This document shows, in pieces, positions 26,687 through 38,100 of a stretch of 64,000 nucleotides of DNA. The stretch is from the IMG/VR virus record IMGVR_UViG_3300025771_003046. One strand, given 5' to 3'. This DNA comes from an uncultured virus (IMG/VR IMGVR_UViG_3300025771_003046) (Duplodnaviria > Heunggongvirae > Uroviricota > Caudoviricetes). The translations under genes were made by a program, and so were the position numbers. Positions within the stretch are counted from its first letter, which is position 1. Each line of letters starts with the position of its first letter. The notes beneath the pieces were generated by a model. The model did not search any database. It was not told the origin of the DNA and worked only from the letters and a program-made list of their open reading frames with translations.

Positions 26687-27055
26687 ATGACTAGACCTAT
26701 TAATGTTTTTGGAACAGTAGTAAACTATCTAAAAGATTTAATAGTAACAGTCAAGATTGGTTGTGCTAAGGTTTCACCTTTTGGTGTTATCTTAGCACAA
26801 ATAACAGATACAACATTCAAAGTCCAAGATGATCTTGGAAATGAAGGAATATGTACACTTGTTAATAAAAGAAACAGTAACGATTTAGAAGAAAATGAAA
26901 TGACAATAAAAGGGTTAGTAACAGATAATGTTAGTTTTGTTTTAATATCAAAGGTAATAAAGGATATTATGTTTGATTTTAAAAATATAAGATATTATTT
27001 TACTATAGATCACGACTCAACGTCTAATATTCTTTTATTGACAGAAAGAGGGTAA
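26687..27055 (+). CDS. Diverged paralog of the upstream gene
   Basis: MTRPIN vs MGRPLN; ILAQITDTTF vs IVKQKGSKRF; ICTLV...LEENEMTI vs TCVLT...LAAGEMSI. Confidence 0.6.
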   Translation: MTRPINVFGTVVNYLKDLIVTVKIGCAKVSPFGVILAQITDTTFKVQDDLGNEGICTLVNKRNSNDLEENEMTIKGLVTDNVSFVLISKVIKDIMFDFKNIRYYFTIDHDSTSNILLLTERG

Positions 27056-27058
27056 TTT

Positions 27059-28075
27059 ATGTCAAAGTTTTTAAAAGTAATAGACGGAGATTACAAAATA
27101 TCAGTTGAGCCTGGTAGAGAAATATCTCTTAATACAGGTTTAGAAACTGGTACAGTAAGGATTAGTGGTGACTTAATAGTCGAAGGTAATACGGTTACTG
27201 TTCAATCTGAAAATTTAACTGTTAAAGATAATGTTATTGTAGTTAACCAAGGCGAAACAGGATCTGGAGTTACAGGTAGTGCTACTGCTGGTGCTCCAAA
27301 CTCAAGTGGTATAAGTATTGACCGTGGCGGATTTAGTGATGCTTACATTTTATTTGATGAAAATGTAACTTGGTTAGATCCAGGTGATGATGAAAATCCT
27401 GATATTGATGTAACACCTAGAAGTGGTGCATTTATATTACGTGACGATATTGGAAACTTAATAGGTTTAAAAACAAACAGTATTGTTACAGGTGGCGGAA
27501 ATTTATTTTTAATCAGCCAAGGTTCAGGAGTACTAAGTGTTGAAGGTACTGTTAACTATGAAAGTAATGTTACACAAGACGATCACATACCAAATAAAAA
27601 ATATGTCGACGATGCTGTTTTAGGTTTCGTTGGTATTAGACGTATTGCGTCAGGTGACGAGTTTATCGGAAGCGGTATTACATACGTTGAAGCACTATCA
27701 AAAGATGTTGCTATTGGTAATCTTGAAAGTTTTGTTGAATTTAAGATTGATAATGTATCTTTAGCATATTTTTACGATGATAGAGCAGAGATTGATGATA
27801 TAAAAATTCAAGATAATCAAATTACTACTGTATCATCAGGTATTGACTTAGTTCTTAAACATACAAGTAACCAAAGTGTATTAGTTGATAACAATCTTGC
27901 AATTAAAGAACTTCCAAATCCATTACTTGTTCCAGCAACACCAACTGATGGCGTAAAGATTTATGCAAGTGATCAGTCAATTGGTGGTACAGGTATATAC
28001 TTTGTTAACAAAGAACAAACAAGAGACGAGTTAGTGAGTAGAAGTAAATCTATTCTATACGGAATTATATTTTAA
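27059..28075 (+). CDS. Virion structural/fibre-associated protein
   Basis: GDLIVEGNTVTV...LTVKDNVIVVNQGETGSGV...GISIDRG is a fibre-shaft motif also present in the 52570 ORF; ends with hydrophobic SILYGIIF. Confidence 0.65.
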   Translation: MSKFLKVIDGDYKISVEPGREISLNTGLETGTVRISGDLIVEGNTVTVQSENLTVKDNVIVVNQGETGSGVTGSATAGAPNSSGISIDRGGFSDAYILFDENVTWLDPGDDENPDIDVTPRSGAFILRDDIGNLIGLKTNSIVTGGGNLFLISQGSGVLSVEGTVNYESNVTQDDHIPNKKYVDDAVLGFVGIRRIASGDEFIGSGITYVEALSKDVAIGNLESFVEFKIDNVSLAYFYDDRAEIDDIKIQDNQITTVSSGIDLVLKHTSNQSVLVDNNLAIKELPNPLLVPATPTDGVKIYASDQSIGGTGIYFVNKEQTRDELVSRSKSILYGIIF

Positions 28076-28089
28076 AAAGGTAAAAGACA

Positions 28090-28449
28090 ATGGCAATTAA
28101 AAGCGTTCAAATTGGAGTAGAAGATACAGAATTACTAGAAGTACCAGCAGGATTAAGATTTGCTGTTACTGTAATTATGATTTGTAATACATCCGAACCA
28201 GATCCAGCAGATCCAGATGCAAATGCAGCATCATTTACAATGCATTTTGTAAAAACTGGTGACCCAATTAGTGATCTAAACACAGTAATTAAAAGTTTAC
28301 CGTTACCAGCGGGTGAAACATTTACTTTTGATACAGAAAAAATAATTATGGAGCAATTTGATAAAATTGTTATCAATGGTGATTATCCAGCAGGCGGAGA
28401 TTCTTCTTCTAATTATCTTTCAGCAACAACAAGCTTCTTGGAACTATAA
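28090..28449 (+). CDS. Small beta-sandwich virion protein (paralog family of 50080 and 51069)
   Basis: TELLEVPAG...VTVIMICN...LPAGETF...KIIMEQFDKI follows the same pattern as the other ~110-aa proteins. Confidence 0.65.
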   Translation: MAIKSVQIGVEDTELLEVPAGLRFAVTVIMICNTSEPDPADPDANAASFTMHFVKTGDPISDLNTVIKSLPLPAGETFTFDTEKIIMEQFDKIVINGDYPAGGDSSSNYLSATTSFLEL

Positions 28450-28970
28450 TGAAATATTTAAAACGACAATCTACAAGTAATAAAACACCATTAGGAAACG
28501 CAGTTGTGTTCGACGTTAACGAACAGGTTGTAATGGACACAAGACGAGTAATGCTTATACCAAAAGGTACAGAAGCAGAGAGACCTGTGACTCCTAATAA
28601 TGGTCATATGAGATATAATACAACTTCGGAAGAATTTGAATCATATCAAGATAGTGCTTGGAGAAAAGTTCGTTTTAAAGAACCAAGAGAAATTGTTCAA
28701 CAAACATTTAGTGGACACGATGGTACTGAAACAACCTTTGGTCCACTCGATAACCAAGATGCAGACTTTACTGCACCTGACAGTGCGCAAGCAATGCTAG
28801 TTCTAATTGAAAATGTATTTCAGTTAGCAACAACGAATTATACACTTACACAGAGTGATGGTACATTAACAGGACCAAATGGCCCATATGCGGCAGGCTG
28901 GTATATTGTATTTTCATCACCTGTTCCAATTGGCAAAGATGTAACTGTACTACATAACTTTAACAAGTAA
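28449..28970 (+). CDS. Virion structural protein
   Basis: IPKGTEAERP..P.NGHMRYNTT..EFESY....W and DGTETTF...VLIENVFQ...NYT...FSSP are motifs typical of large-phage structural proteins. Confidence 0.7.
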   Translation: MKYLKRQSTSNKTPLGNAVVFDVNEQVVMDTRRVMLIPKGTEAERPVTPNNGHMRYNTTSEEFESYQDSAWRKVRFKEPREIVQQTFSGHDGTETTFGPLDNQDADFTAPDSAQAMLVLIENVFQLATTNYTLTQSDGTLTGPNGPYAAGWYIVFSSPVPIGKDVTVLHNFNK

Positions 28971-28990
28971 CTTATTTTTTTTAATAATAC

Positions 28991-29112
28991 GATAAATAAT
29001 ATTAATGAGGCGTAGCTATGAGGGCTAATCTTCAGGACAAACTGTGGTCAACCCGCAAAGAACCGTAACCAAGCGGATGAGAAAGTGGTTGGTGGGACAG
29101 GATCCCCGGGGG
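28991..29112 (+). promoter_or_regulatory. Late promoter plus long GC-rich structured 5' leader
   Basis: GATAAATA 28991-28998. Stems: TGAGG 29006/CTTCA 29030, TAGCT 29013/GGCTA 29023, CTGT 29042/ACAG 29097, CAAC 29049/GTTG 29088, CCGT 29063/GCGG 29073. SD GGGGGA. Confidence 0.55.
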
Positions 29113-29119
29113 AAGAGTA

Positions 29120-32100
29120 ATGGCTGTAGGTCGTATTTCAGGTCAGGTCTTGAAGAGTGAGTTATCACGAGACGGAGTTGACATATTTTTTAATAACGAG
29201 AACGGCGACCCCGCAATATTATATCTATCAGTAGACGACAACAGAGTTGGAATTAACAACAGTTCCCCAACCTCTGATTTTGATATCACCGGAGAACTAA
29301 GAAGTACAACTGCAATATTTCAAACTAGTTTACAAGTAGCTGACATTTTTATGGATACTACAACTATTAGTACTACTAGCGGAAATTTAGTTCTTACTCC
29401 TGCAACTGCAACAGACGAAATACAACTTAATAGTGATGTAACTACATCAGCAAACTTAACAGTAGATAACAATATAACTTCTACTAACGGAACTATTACT
29501 GCACCTAATATTGACATTGGTCAAGTTAGTATAACCGAAGATGCCGGCGGCAATACAACCATTACGGCTGACGCTGGCGGTATTATTGTTACAGCCGGAG
29601 CCGGCGAAAGTATAGATTTAAATAACGATGTAAACATTGACGGAGATTTATCTGTAACAGGAAGCACACAAATTGATGTTAATCTAAACGTTGATGGCAT
29701 AATAAGTACTCCACAAGTAGATACGGGCAGAGTTGAGATTGACGAAAACATGTTGCTCAATCAAAACACTATACAGATACTTTCTAACGATACTGATTTA
29801 AGATTACAAGCAGGCCCAATAGGTACAGACCCATTTGGAAACCCGAATGCTGACACGCAAATTAGACTTTTAAGTAAAACAACAATTATTAAAGGACTAA
29901 ACATTCTTGGTACTGATGCTTTTATTAATATTGATGATAAACTTTTAATCGATGATAATACTATTTCCAGTGTTACTAACGACATTGATATATCCGCTGG
30001 CGCAGGTGATAGTACATCAGTTGCTAATTTAAATTTAACATCAGCAATTGATACAAATATTACTGCTACTGACGGAGATGTTAATATTAGTACAGCAGGT
30101 GATGACAGTACTGTACACTCAATTAACTTTTTAGGAACAACTATAACTTCAGAGACCGCTGTGTTTAGAGATTCAATTAAAGCTGAAGTTGAAGTTGATG
30201 TTCCTGATTTAAGAGTAGAACGAATTGGTAACAGACCTAATGATGGAGACATACAAGTAACATCTAGAGATAGACTTGGCGTTGAAACAACATTTATTGA
30301 TTTAGTTGGTAGAACAGAACTTATAGGCGACTTTACTCAAGCCGATGGCTTTGATATGTTCTTAGACAGACTTGACGTAAACAATATAAGAATTGATGAT
30401 AATAGTATTACTACTATAAACGGAAATCTGTTTATTAATCCTACTGATGGAAGTATTGTTGACATAGGAAAAGATGTTAACATTGCTACACAAGTTACAG
30501 TACCAGATGTAATTTCAACAAACAGTATCCAAGGTGTACTAATGGATATCGATAATATCCAAATAGACGGTAATGAAATTAAATCTACTAGTGGACACAT
30601 AAATGTTTATACTCCAAATCCTGCTACTGACTTTGTAAATATTTTTACTAATTTAGAAGTAGACGGTAACATTCACGCTACCGGATCGATTACTGCTGAC
30701 GGTGATTTAGTTTTAGGTGACCAAAATACAGACAATATTACTTTTAATGCAGATGTAAACAGTGATGTTCTTCCAAATATAAATGCAATTTCTTCTTCTC
30801 CTGATTCAACTGCTGTAATAGGTTTTGATTTAGGATCTGAAACAAAATACTGGGATACAATGTATCTTAGACACTTTGACTTAAATGGATATGAAGTAAG
30901 AGATATCAACAACGACCATTCTACATATTCTGCATCAGCAGCCAAGGATGTAAACTTAATCACCGAAGGCGGCATGATTAGATATTTTGAAGAAAATCTT
31001 GCTACTAACCGAGGCGATAACATTCCAATGGGCTTTCCGGAGGATAGTGTTTATAACGATGGTGCATTCTTTCTAAGCGCAAATACAGATCAAAACGGTG
31101 CACCTAAAGAAGATATTATCGACGACAAAACTTTTATTGCAGAAGCAATCGACTTATTAAATGAGTCTATGAATAATATTAGAAACAATACATTTATTAG
31201 AGATATTGATGCTGCTACACCGTCACCGGCAGCAGCAGGTAGTGGCCAAACATTTACACTTAATCTAAATGTAGACGGTGAATATAATAGAGTAGAAGTT
31301 GACTGGGATGTAAACAATAGATTTGAATATATTAAATCTCTTATAGAAGGCGCCGGCGGAACATATAATGTACCTTCAGGTGCACACGATAGTGTATATG
31401 TAGGAACTAATCCGTCTACTGTATCCTTTGTTTATGATGCTCCGCTAGGAGGCTTGTTTACTGTAAAAGTTACAGTAAGAAATACAAATGCTCAAGTTCC
31501 TGGCAGTGCAGGAACCGATAGTGATTTATTACAAGAAAATTTAATTCTAGTTTACACACAAGATCCAGTAATGGGATATAATTTATACAGAAGTACAAGT
31601 GGCGGCAGTATACTTTCAGGAAATGATTTATATGTTATAGAAGGTAATTCTTTAGCATTAGAAAACATAACAACTAACACAGGTCCTGACTATGGTTTAG
31701 ATAACACAGTTACATATACTATAAACTGGGGTGACGGAATTACTGAAACGATTACACCAGACGATACCGAAGATGGTGGATCAGGAGGTCCTAGACTTGC
31801 ACACACATGGCTAGACGGAACACAAACAGGAACTGGTAATAGCACTGTAACATTAACTATGACAGATCACCAATCATGTGATCCAACTATTCTTCCTCTA
31901 AGTACATCTAAAACTTTAAAAGTATATGAAAATGACCCAGTTGACCCTGACGGCCTAAGTACTAAAACTATTTCATTCACTGGAGGCACTGGTAATGCTA
32001 GTCTTTGTGCAAACTTTACTAATAATGATGTAAATTTAGCAACTAGTTCTGTTGCAGGCACTATATTGCCAAGAACAGTATCAACGTCTGGTACAATTAA

Positions 32101-33655
32101 AACAACTACATTTACAAATTACGCTTATGCAGAAACAGGGCTAGAATCAGATTTTGGCGATGGATTAATTTCTGCTCCAGTATTAACTGCTGAAGTAAAT
32201 GGGGTTACTGCTGGTACAAGGACTTTTACAAATCCGTTTAGCACAAATAGTGGAAGCAATAATGCTTTGAAGATTGATGCACAAAGCGACTATAATTTAT
32301 TAAACTCATCAGGCGGCTCGTTGTCTTTCTCAAATAGTATATTTTATCCAGATGCATTTTTTGGTTATAGAGCTCACGTAGAAGAAACGGCAAGTGTAGT
32401 TCCGTTTGGTTTATGCACATTCCAGTTGCGCCATGATGTAAATGGTGATACAAACTTAGTTGAATTTGTAAAGGATGATGTAAACTCAGTTCCGGTTATT
32501 ACAGCAGGAACAGTTATCGAAAATAACGCTGGAACATACAGATATATTTCTGGTATACCGTATTATAACTCAGGAAATCCAACACTAACATTAACAGGCG
32601 TAACAGTACAAAACTGGATAGGACAAGCATACTTAAATAGTTCTCAAATTGTTCAAGCAAATTCAGATACATCTACTAGTCCAGAAGGCCAAACTGGACA
32701 GGCTATTACACAAACATATTACAACTATTCAACAATTGAAGGCACTGTACCTTTATTAGACGGCAGCGGAAATCCTTTTGCTGATAGTGGAAAAACAACA
32801 GGTTATGTATTAGATGATCTTACACTACCTATTGTTACAAGCAGTAGAAGGACTATTGATTCAGTGCGTTATAGAATTCAAAATTTAAATGGTTATTCGT
32901 CGTATAGACAGGAAACTAGTATACCAATTGCATTACATACATCTAACCAGTTTGGTATTAGTGAAATTGCAATTGATGTTGCAAGTAGTTTAGGAAATGG
33001 CGTTTACACGGATGATGCAATTAGAATACATGATTTTGATACTGACCCTGTAGACAATCCAGTATACACTAGTTCGACAAATTTTTATACAAATGATGTT
33101 TATACAGAAGGTACAGATTCAGGGATATCAGCAGCAGGCGGAATTGCAAATATTAGAGAAGCAATTATTAGACTAGGCGAAATCGAACACAATGTAGAAG
33201 ACTATACAAATTATCTTCCATTAGGTCCTAATCTTAATACTGCAACAAGAGCAAATACACAATACTTTACAATGGCATTCCGTAGACGAGTTGTTGCTAA
33301 CTTTGCAATTAATATTACAGCACCTAGTGGTGTTGCCGGCGTATGGATAGCAGCACCAGGTACAGCAATTGACAATGGTAGTAGTCTAAACGGCTGGTTA
33401 GATTGTTCTACACAATATGCTGGTGCAGGTGTTCCGGGTGCAATAGATGGAAATTCAGGCGGTACTGGTAACGGATCAGATGGTTGTGCAATCACAGGTG
33501 CTGATAGAATAATACCAAATCAATCATTATCAGGTGGTTATGATATGACACTAGGTAGCGAAAATATGAGTAACGCTCAAGACAATGTTGTTCTTGTAAG
33601 AATAGCATTATCAGCAGGGCAAAGCGTTACATCGTTAAACATAGGGCAGACATAA
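29120..33655 (+). CDS. Large virion structural protein (fibre-like N-half, PKD/Ig-like C-half)
   Basis: 1511 aa, T/S/G/N/D-rich; repeated I.ID.N.I.. strands; YTINWGDG...HTW PKD-like motif. Confidence 0.75.
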   Translation: MAVGRISGQVLKSELSRDGVDIFFNNENGDPAILYLSVDDNRVGINNSSPTSDFDITGELRSTTAIFQTSLQVADIFMDTTTISTTSGNLVLTPATATDEIQLNSDVTTSANLTVDNNITSTNGTITAPNIDIGQVSITEDAGGNTTITADAGGIIVTAGAGESIDLNNDVNIDGDLSVTGSTQIDVNLNVDGIISTPQVDTGRVEIDENMLLNQNTIQILSNDTDLRLQAGPIGTDPFGNPNADTQIRLLSKTTIIKGLNILGTDAFINIDDKLLIDDNTISSVTNDIDISAGAGDSTSVANLNLTSAIDTNITATDGDVNISTAGDDSTVHSINFLGTTITSETAVFRDSIKAEVEVDVPDLRVERIGNRPNDGDIQVTSRDRLGVETTFIDLVGRTELIGDFTQADGFDMFLDRLDVNNIRIDDNSITTINGNLFINPTDGSIVDIGKDVNIATQVTVPDVISTNSIQGVLMDIDNIQIDGNEIKSTSGHINVYTPNPATDFVNIFTNLEVDGNIHATGSITADGDLVLGDQNTDNITFNADVNSDVLPNINAISSSPDSTAVIGFDLGSETKYWDTMYLRHFDLNGYEVRDINNDHSTYSASAAKDVNLITEGGMIRYFEENLATNRGDNIPMGFPEDSVYNDGAFFLSANTDQNGAPKEDIIDDKTFIAEAIDLLNESMNNIRNNTFIRDIDAATPSPAAAGSGQTFTLNLNVDGEYNRVEVDWDVNNRFEYIKSLIEGAGGTYNVPSGAHDSVYVGTNPSTVSFVYDAPLGGLFTVKVTVRNTNAQVPGSAGTDSDLLQENLILVYTQDPVMGYNLYRSTSGGSILSGNDLYVIEGNSLALENITTNTGPDYGLDNTVTYTINWGDGITETITPDDTEDGGSGGPRLAHTWLDGTQTGTGNSTVTLTMTDHQSCDPTILPLSTSKTLKVYENDPVDPDGLSTKTISFTGGTGNASLCANFTNNDVNLATSSVAGTILPRTVSTSGTIKTTTFTNYAYAETGLESDFGDGLISAPVLTAEVNGVTAGTRTFTNPFSTNSGSNNALKIDAQSDYNLLNSSGGSLSFSNSIFYPDAFFGYRAHVEETASVVPFGLCTFQLRHDVNGDTNLVEFVKDDVNSVPVITAGTVIENNAGTYRYISGIPYYNSGNPTLTLTGVTVQNWIGQAYLNSSQIVQANSDTSTSPEGQTGQAITQTYYNYSTIEGTVPLLDGSGNPFADSGKTTGYVLDDLTLPIVTSSRRTIDSVRYRIQNLNGYSSYRQETSIPIALHTSNQFGISEIAIDVASSLGNGVYTDDAIRIHDFDTDPVDNPVYTSSTNFYTNDVYTEGTDSGISAAGGIANIREAIIRLGEIEHNVEDYTNYLPLGPNLNTATRANTQYFTMAFRRRVVANFAINITAPSGVAGVWIAAPGTAIDNGSSLNGWLDCSTQYAGAGVPGAIDGNSGGTGNGSDGCAITGADRIIPNQSLSGGYDMTLGSENMSNAQDNVVLVRIALSAGQSVTSLNIGQT

Positions 33656-33656
33656 G

Positions 33657-35021
33657 ATGGCAATTGCAGACGAACAGAAGTTAGACTTTCTTTGGAAAAA
33701 GATTGGTTATGGTTTTTCAAAGACTGACGTAAATGGTATTAAAGCAGCGGTCAACGAAAGTATACCTAGTCCATTATTACTTAGAGGTGATACTATTTGG
33801 GTTGACTCAGATATTATCCCAAGTAGTATCCCAGTTGTTAATATTGAAAATCTTGTTGACGTTTATAGTGATGCAGGTGCTAACGTTGATGATACAGTTG
33901 AATGTGAAGAAGATATTACTGCATCACCGAGACGTACTTGGAGAACAGTTGAACCTGATAGCACTCCGATAATAAATTGGATACCTCCGGAGTTTGGATC
34001 TACATATCAAATCAAAGTTTATATCGATAACCCAGGAGCAGCAAATCCACAAACTACTGGTACACAAATATTTGCTGCTGGTAGTGGTAATAATGACGAA
34101 TGGTTCTTTGACTATAAATCAGGAATCTTAAATTTTATTGGAGATAATTTACCTAGTCAACTTACTAGTAGTAAAGTAGTTTATATATCTGGAGCAAATT
34201 ATGTAGGAGAGTTTGGAGTCAAAGGTGACAGAGCTGTCCTTGGTAATATTGAAATAGAGAATAACGAAATATCTGCACTTAACCTAAACGGTGACATTAA
34301 CTTAATTGCTAATGGACCTGAAGGTGCAGTACAAGTTCAACAAAGTAATTTAAATGTTGAAGAAAATTTTAATGTTGAAGGAATTGCAAACTTTAACAAT
34401 ACCACAGATTCTACTGGCGCAACTTCTGGATCGGTTGTAGTAGATGGAGGAGTAGGCATCGCAAAGAAATTATATGTAGGAGACGATGCCTACTTCTCTC
34501 GTAGATTAGAAGCAAAACATGTTATGCTTTACAGTTTATCTGTTTATGATGAAAGTGTAGATAGAGATATTTTGTTTGGCATTGAACAACTACGTGATGC
34601 AATTAATAATAACGAAAATTTAGCACTTGGCGAGGGATCACTTGTAAACTCTGCACTAGACGGAGAGTTGAATATTGCTATTGGTAACAATACCGGTAGT
34701 GGACTTACTGAAGGTTGGTTTAATGTAATCATTGGACACAATTCTGGAAACAGTTTGACAGTAGGTAGTAACAACATAATAATTGGTAACTATACAAACC
34801 CTTCTTCAAAAAGTGCTAATAACGAAGTTACAATAGGTAATGAATTAATAAGCAAAGTAAGAATACCTGGAGTTGATTTTGAAATCGACGAAGGCAAGGT
34901 TGTTATCGGTAACGAGGGTACAGATTTTGAAGAAAATCTAGTTGTCAATGGCGATGCAACTGTAACTAACTTGTTTACAGCAAGAAGAATTGAGGGTGAT
35001 ATTGACGGAGGAAGTTTCTAA
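33657..35021 (+). CDS. Virion structural/fibre protein
   Basis: 454 aa; SGSVVVDGGVGIAKKLYVG and N..IG...G..LT.G..N..IG adhesin-head-like repeats; ends IDGGSF. Confidence 0.7.
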   Translation: MAIADEQKLDFLWKKIGYGFSKTDVNGIKAAVNESIPSPLLLRGDTIWVDSDIIPSSIPVVNIENLVDVYSDAGANVDDTVECEEDITASPRRTWRTVEPDSTPIINWIPPEFGSTYQIKVYIDNPGAANPQTTGTQIFAAGSGNNDEWFFDYKSGILNFIGDNLPSQLTSSKVVYISGANYVGEFGVKGDRAVLGNIEIENNEISALNLNGDINLIANGPEGAVQVQQSNLNVEENFNVEGIANFNNTTDSTGATSGSVVVDGGVGIAKKLYVGDDAYFSRRLEAKHVMLYSLSVYDESVDRDILFGIEQLRDAINNNENLALGEGSLVNSALDGELNIAIGNNTGSGLTEGWFNVIIGHNSGNSLTVGSNNIIIGNYTNPSSKSANNEVTIGNELISKVRIPGVDFEIDEGKVVIGNEGTDFEENLVVNGDATVTNLFTARRIEGDIDGGSF

Positions 35022-35125
35022 AAACCATTATTAGCCACTATTATAGATCGAAATCTCTAAAAAACTATATATACATGTAATTGCTAGTTAAATTAGCATA
35101 AAACTAACCAAAAAATGTCGCATTT

Positions 35126-35133
35126 GATAAATA
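35126..35133 (+). promoter_or_regulatory. Late promoter (GATAAATA) for the giant gene
   Basis: Motif 56 nt upstream of ATG 35190; SD AGGGGA. Confidence 0.55.
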
Positions 35134-35189
35134 GAATTGTGTTTATAAACTACATACATAATACACAGTCTGCATAGGGGAACGATTAT

Positions 35190-38100
35190 ATGTCAACAAT
35201 AAGACTCAAGAGAAGTGCTGAGCCGGGTAAAATCCCATCGATTGAACAACTAGAACTAGGCGAAGTAGCTGTCAATACACATGACGGCAAAATGTTTATG
35301 AAAAGAGACCAAAGTGGTAACTTTGCTATAAAAGAATTTGGCGCAAGAGACGCCGCAAGTAATGTGTTTTACGTAACACAAGACGGATCTAATACTAACG
35401 ATGGTAAAACAATAGGAGACGCATTTGCGACTATTGATTACGCTTTAAAAAATATTCCAGAGGGATCAACACTATATGTAAAGGCTGGACAGCACACAGT
35501 TGACAATCCAGTTAAACTTCCGGCATTTGTTGCTATTGTTGGTGACTCACTTAGAACTACATTTGTACAACCAAAAAATCCAGCAGAAGATATATTTTGG
35601 GTTAACAACGGTTGTTTCCTTAAAGATATGCGCTTTAATAACTACATTGCACCTAGTGCAGCAGTTTCGTTCCCCCCAGATGGAAGCGCCGGATCAATTA
35701 TGTGTTCACCGTATGTACAAAACTGTACATCATATACTACAACTGGTACAGGTATGCGAGTTGACGGATCAGTTGTTACTGGCCTACGCTCAATGGTTGT
35801 TGACGCCTATACACAGTATAACCAGGGTGGTATCGGTGTGCATCACCTTAACAGAGGTAACACACAGCTTGTTTCGATCTTTACAATCTCATGTGATATT
35901 TCAATTATGTGTGAAAGCGGAGGCTTTTGCTCACTAACTAACTCAAACACATCATTTGGTAACTACGGACTTATTTCCGATGGTTATAGTGAAGCACTAT
36001 TTGGTGCGTCTGCTGGTGCTAACATTAGTAGAAACTCGATGTTTATGAATGACCTAGTAACGGTTCCATTTATTCAAAACGCATCTGTGTTTAGTGGCAC
36101 TGGTGAAGTTTATACAATTTCAGAAGCTACTCCGATTAAAGTCGGTCAAGGTGTTGTAACTGGACCAACACTAACCCAAGAAGACAGTGATTTATTATTT
36201 GCTAGAGAAAGAATTTTAGCCAATAGAGAAGTAATTCAAAGATCAACAGTTAACTTTGTGAAAGATAATTATCAAACAGGCGGCGAATTTGACGAAGCTA
36301 AATGTGCTAGAGATAGTCAACTTATACTTGATGGTGTAGGTTTTGATGTTGCACTAGATACAAACTTTAACAGTGTTTATAATGGTATTTCGTATCAAAG
36401 AGCAAATGCTAAATTTGTTATTAATACCCAGTTTGAAGCAACAAAAGGCGCAATTGATTTCTTAAAAGCCGAAACAGCAGCTTTACTAAGTGGTACTTCA
36501 TTAACTAGAGCTAATGCAGGATTTGACGATGTAAAAGGAATTCTTGACGGTGGTGTAATAAGCACTACAGTTCCAGGAGATGGTGTAGCCGACGCACTTA
36601 CATTTAGTTCAACACTAGGTGTAACAGATGGTATAAATGCTAGAACAATTTTACAAGCGAATATTGCATTCTTACAAGCAGAAGTACTTGCATTTAACGA
36701 TGATTATAATGCAACGGCGATTGCTGCTGACGCTACCGGTGCAACTACAGTAGTTTATGATAGAGAAAAGTGTCAAAGAGATGTACAATACATTGTAGAC
36801 GCTCTTTCATATGACGCACAGTATGGTGGCAATAGCGCAACAGTATCGGCTATGAATTCTTATATTGTTGGTACAGGAATTGATCAACTTCCAGCAGATC
36901 AAAGAGATCTTACTGCTGATTCATATGCTCACTTAGCAGATATGGTTGCAGCAATTTTAACTGATCCGTCAGTTGATCCTGGTACAAAATTAAGTGCTGG
37001 TAGTCCAGACAATTCCGCAGCGGTTACTGCTGCATCTCTTTCAGGTACAATCGAAGCACTTGTAGATACATTTGCAGGAGTATTAATTGAAGATGCAACG
37101 CCGGCTGGCACACCAACTGCAACTATTCCAGCAGTAGTAACTCCAAATGTTACAACATTGGGTGTAGCAGCAGAGTTTACAACATCGCAAACTGCAATCA
37201 CAAATGCGTCTGCACAAATTGTAGATGATGTAATTGCATTTGTTAATCAAGAATATAATTTCTCTTTCAACCAAGAAAAATGTGCAAGAGATTTACAAGA
37301 AATAATTGATGCAGCTAAAATAGATGCTGTTACAAACTCTTTGTACAATCAAACTGTAGTTGGTTTAACATACACAATGGAAAGTAGTGCTTATCTACTT
37401 AACTTACAAAAAACACAAACCGCAGCAGGTATTCAATATGCTAGAGATTTAGTTACAGCAGACGGTAATTTTACAGATACTACAGACAGAACTGAATTTA
37501 TTAATGCTGTAAACGAAGTAATTAACATATTAAATACAGGAACTCCAACATCTGACTTAACAACTGGTACTTTTGCAACTAATTTTCCAACAAGCACTGA
37601 TTATTCTAATGCAGCAAGTCGTGCAGCCGCAGCTGAAGCAATAATAAACGGTATTCCTTCTTTACAGACTGATGCTCTAACTTTCCTACAGAATGGGAAC
37701 GCAGGTGGTGGTTTTGATTTTTCAGCCCAAGCCGGAGAATTTTCAAGTTTAGCTAGTGGAGGTACTGTTTCATCAGATGAACTAAAATCAGTATACCAAG
37801 ATATGGTAAGAGATGGAACATTTACCAAGTGTCAAAGAGACGTGGCTTACTTAGCACAAGCAGTAGCATTTGATACAATGTATGGTGGTAATAGTGCAAC
37901 TTTGCGTGTAGCAAAATCATACTTTGTAGGTGCAATTGCAGGTGACGACGATACTGAAATATCACAACTAGGTGGCGGACAAAAGAATGCAACACTTGCA
38001 CTATATGCCTTCTTGGCAGTACAAATTGCGGCAGCTGTTAGCGCTGCGTCAGCAAATGCAGGGTTAGGTTCGGGCTCTGGTGCATCAAAAACAATTAATC

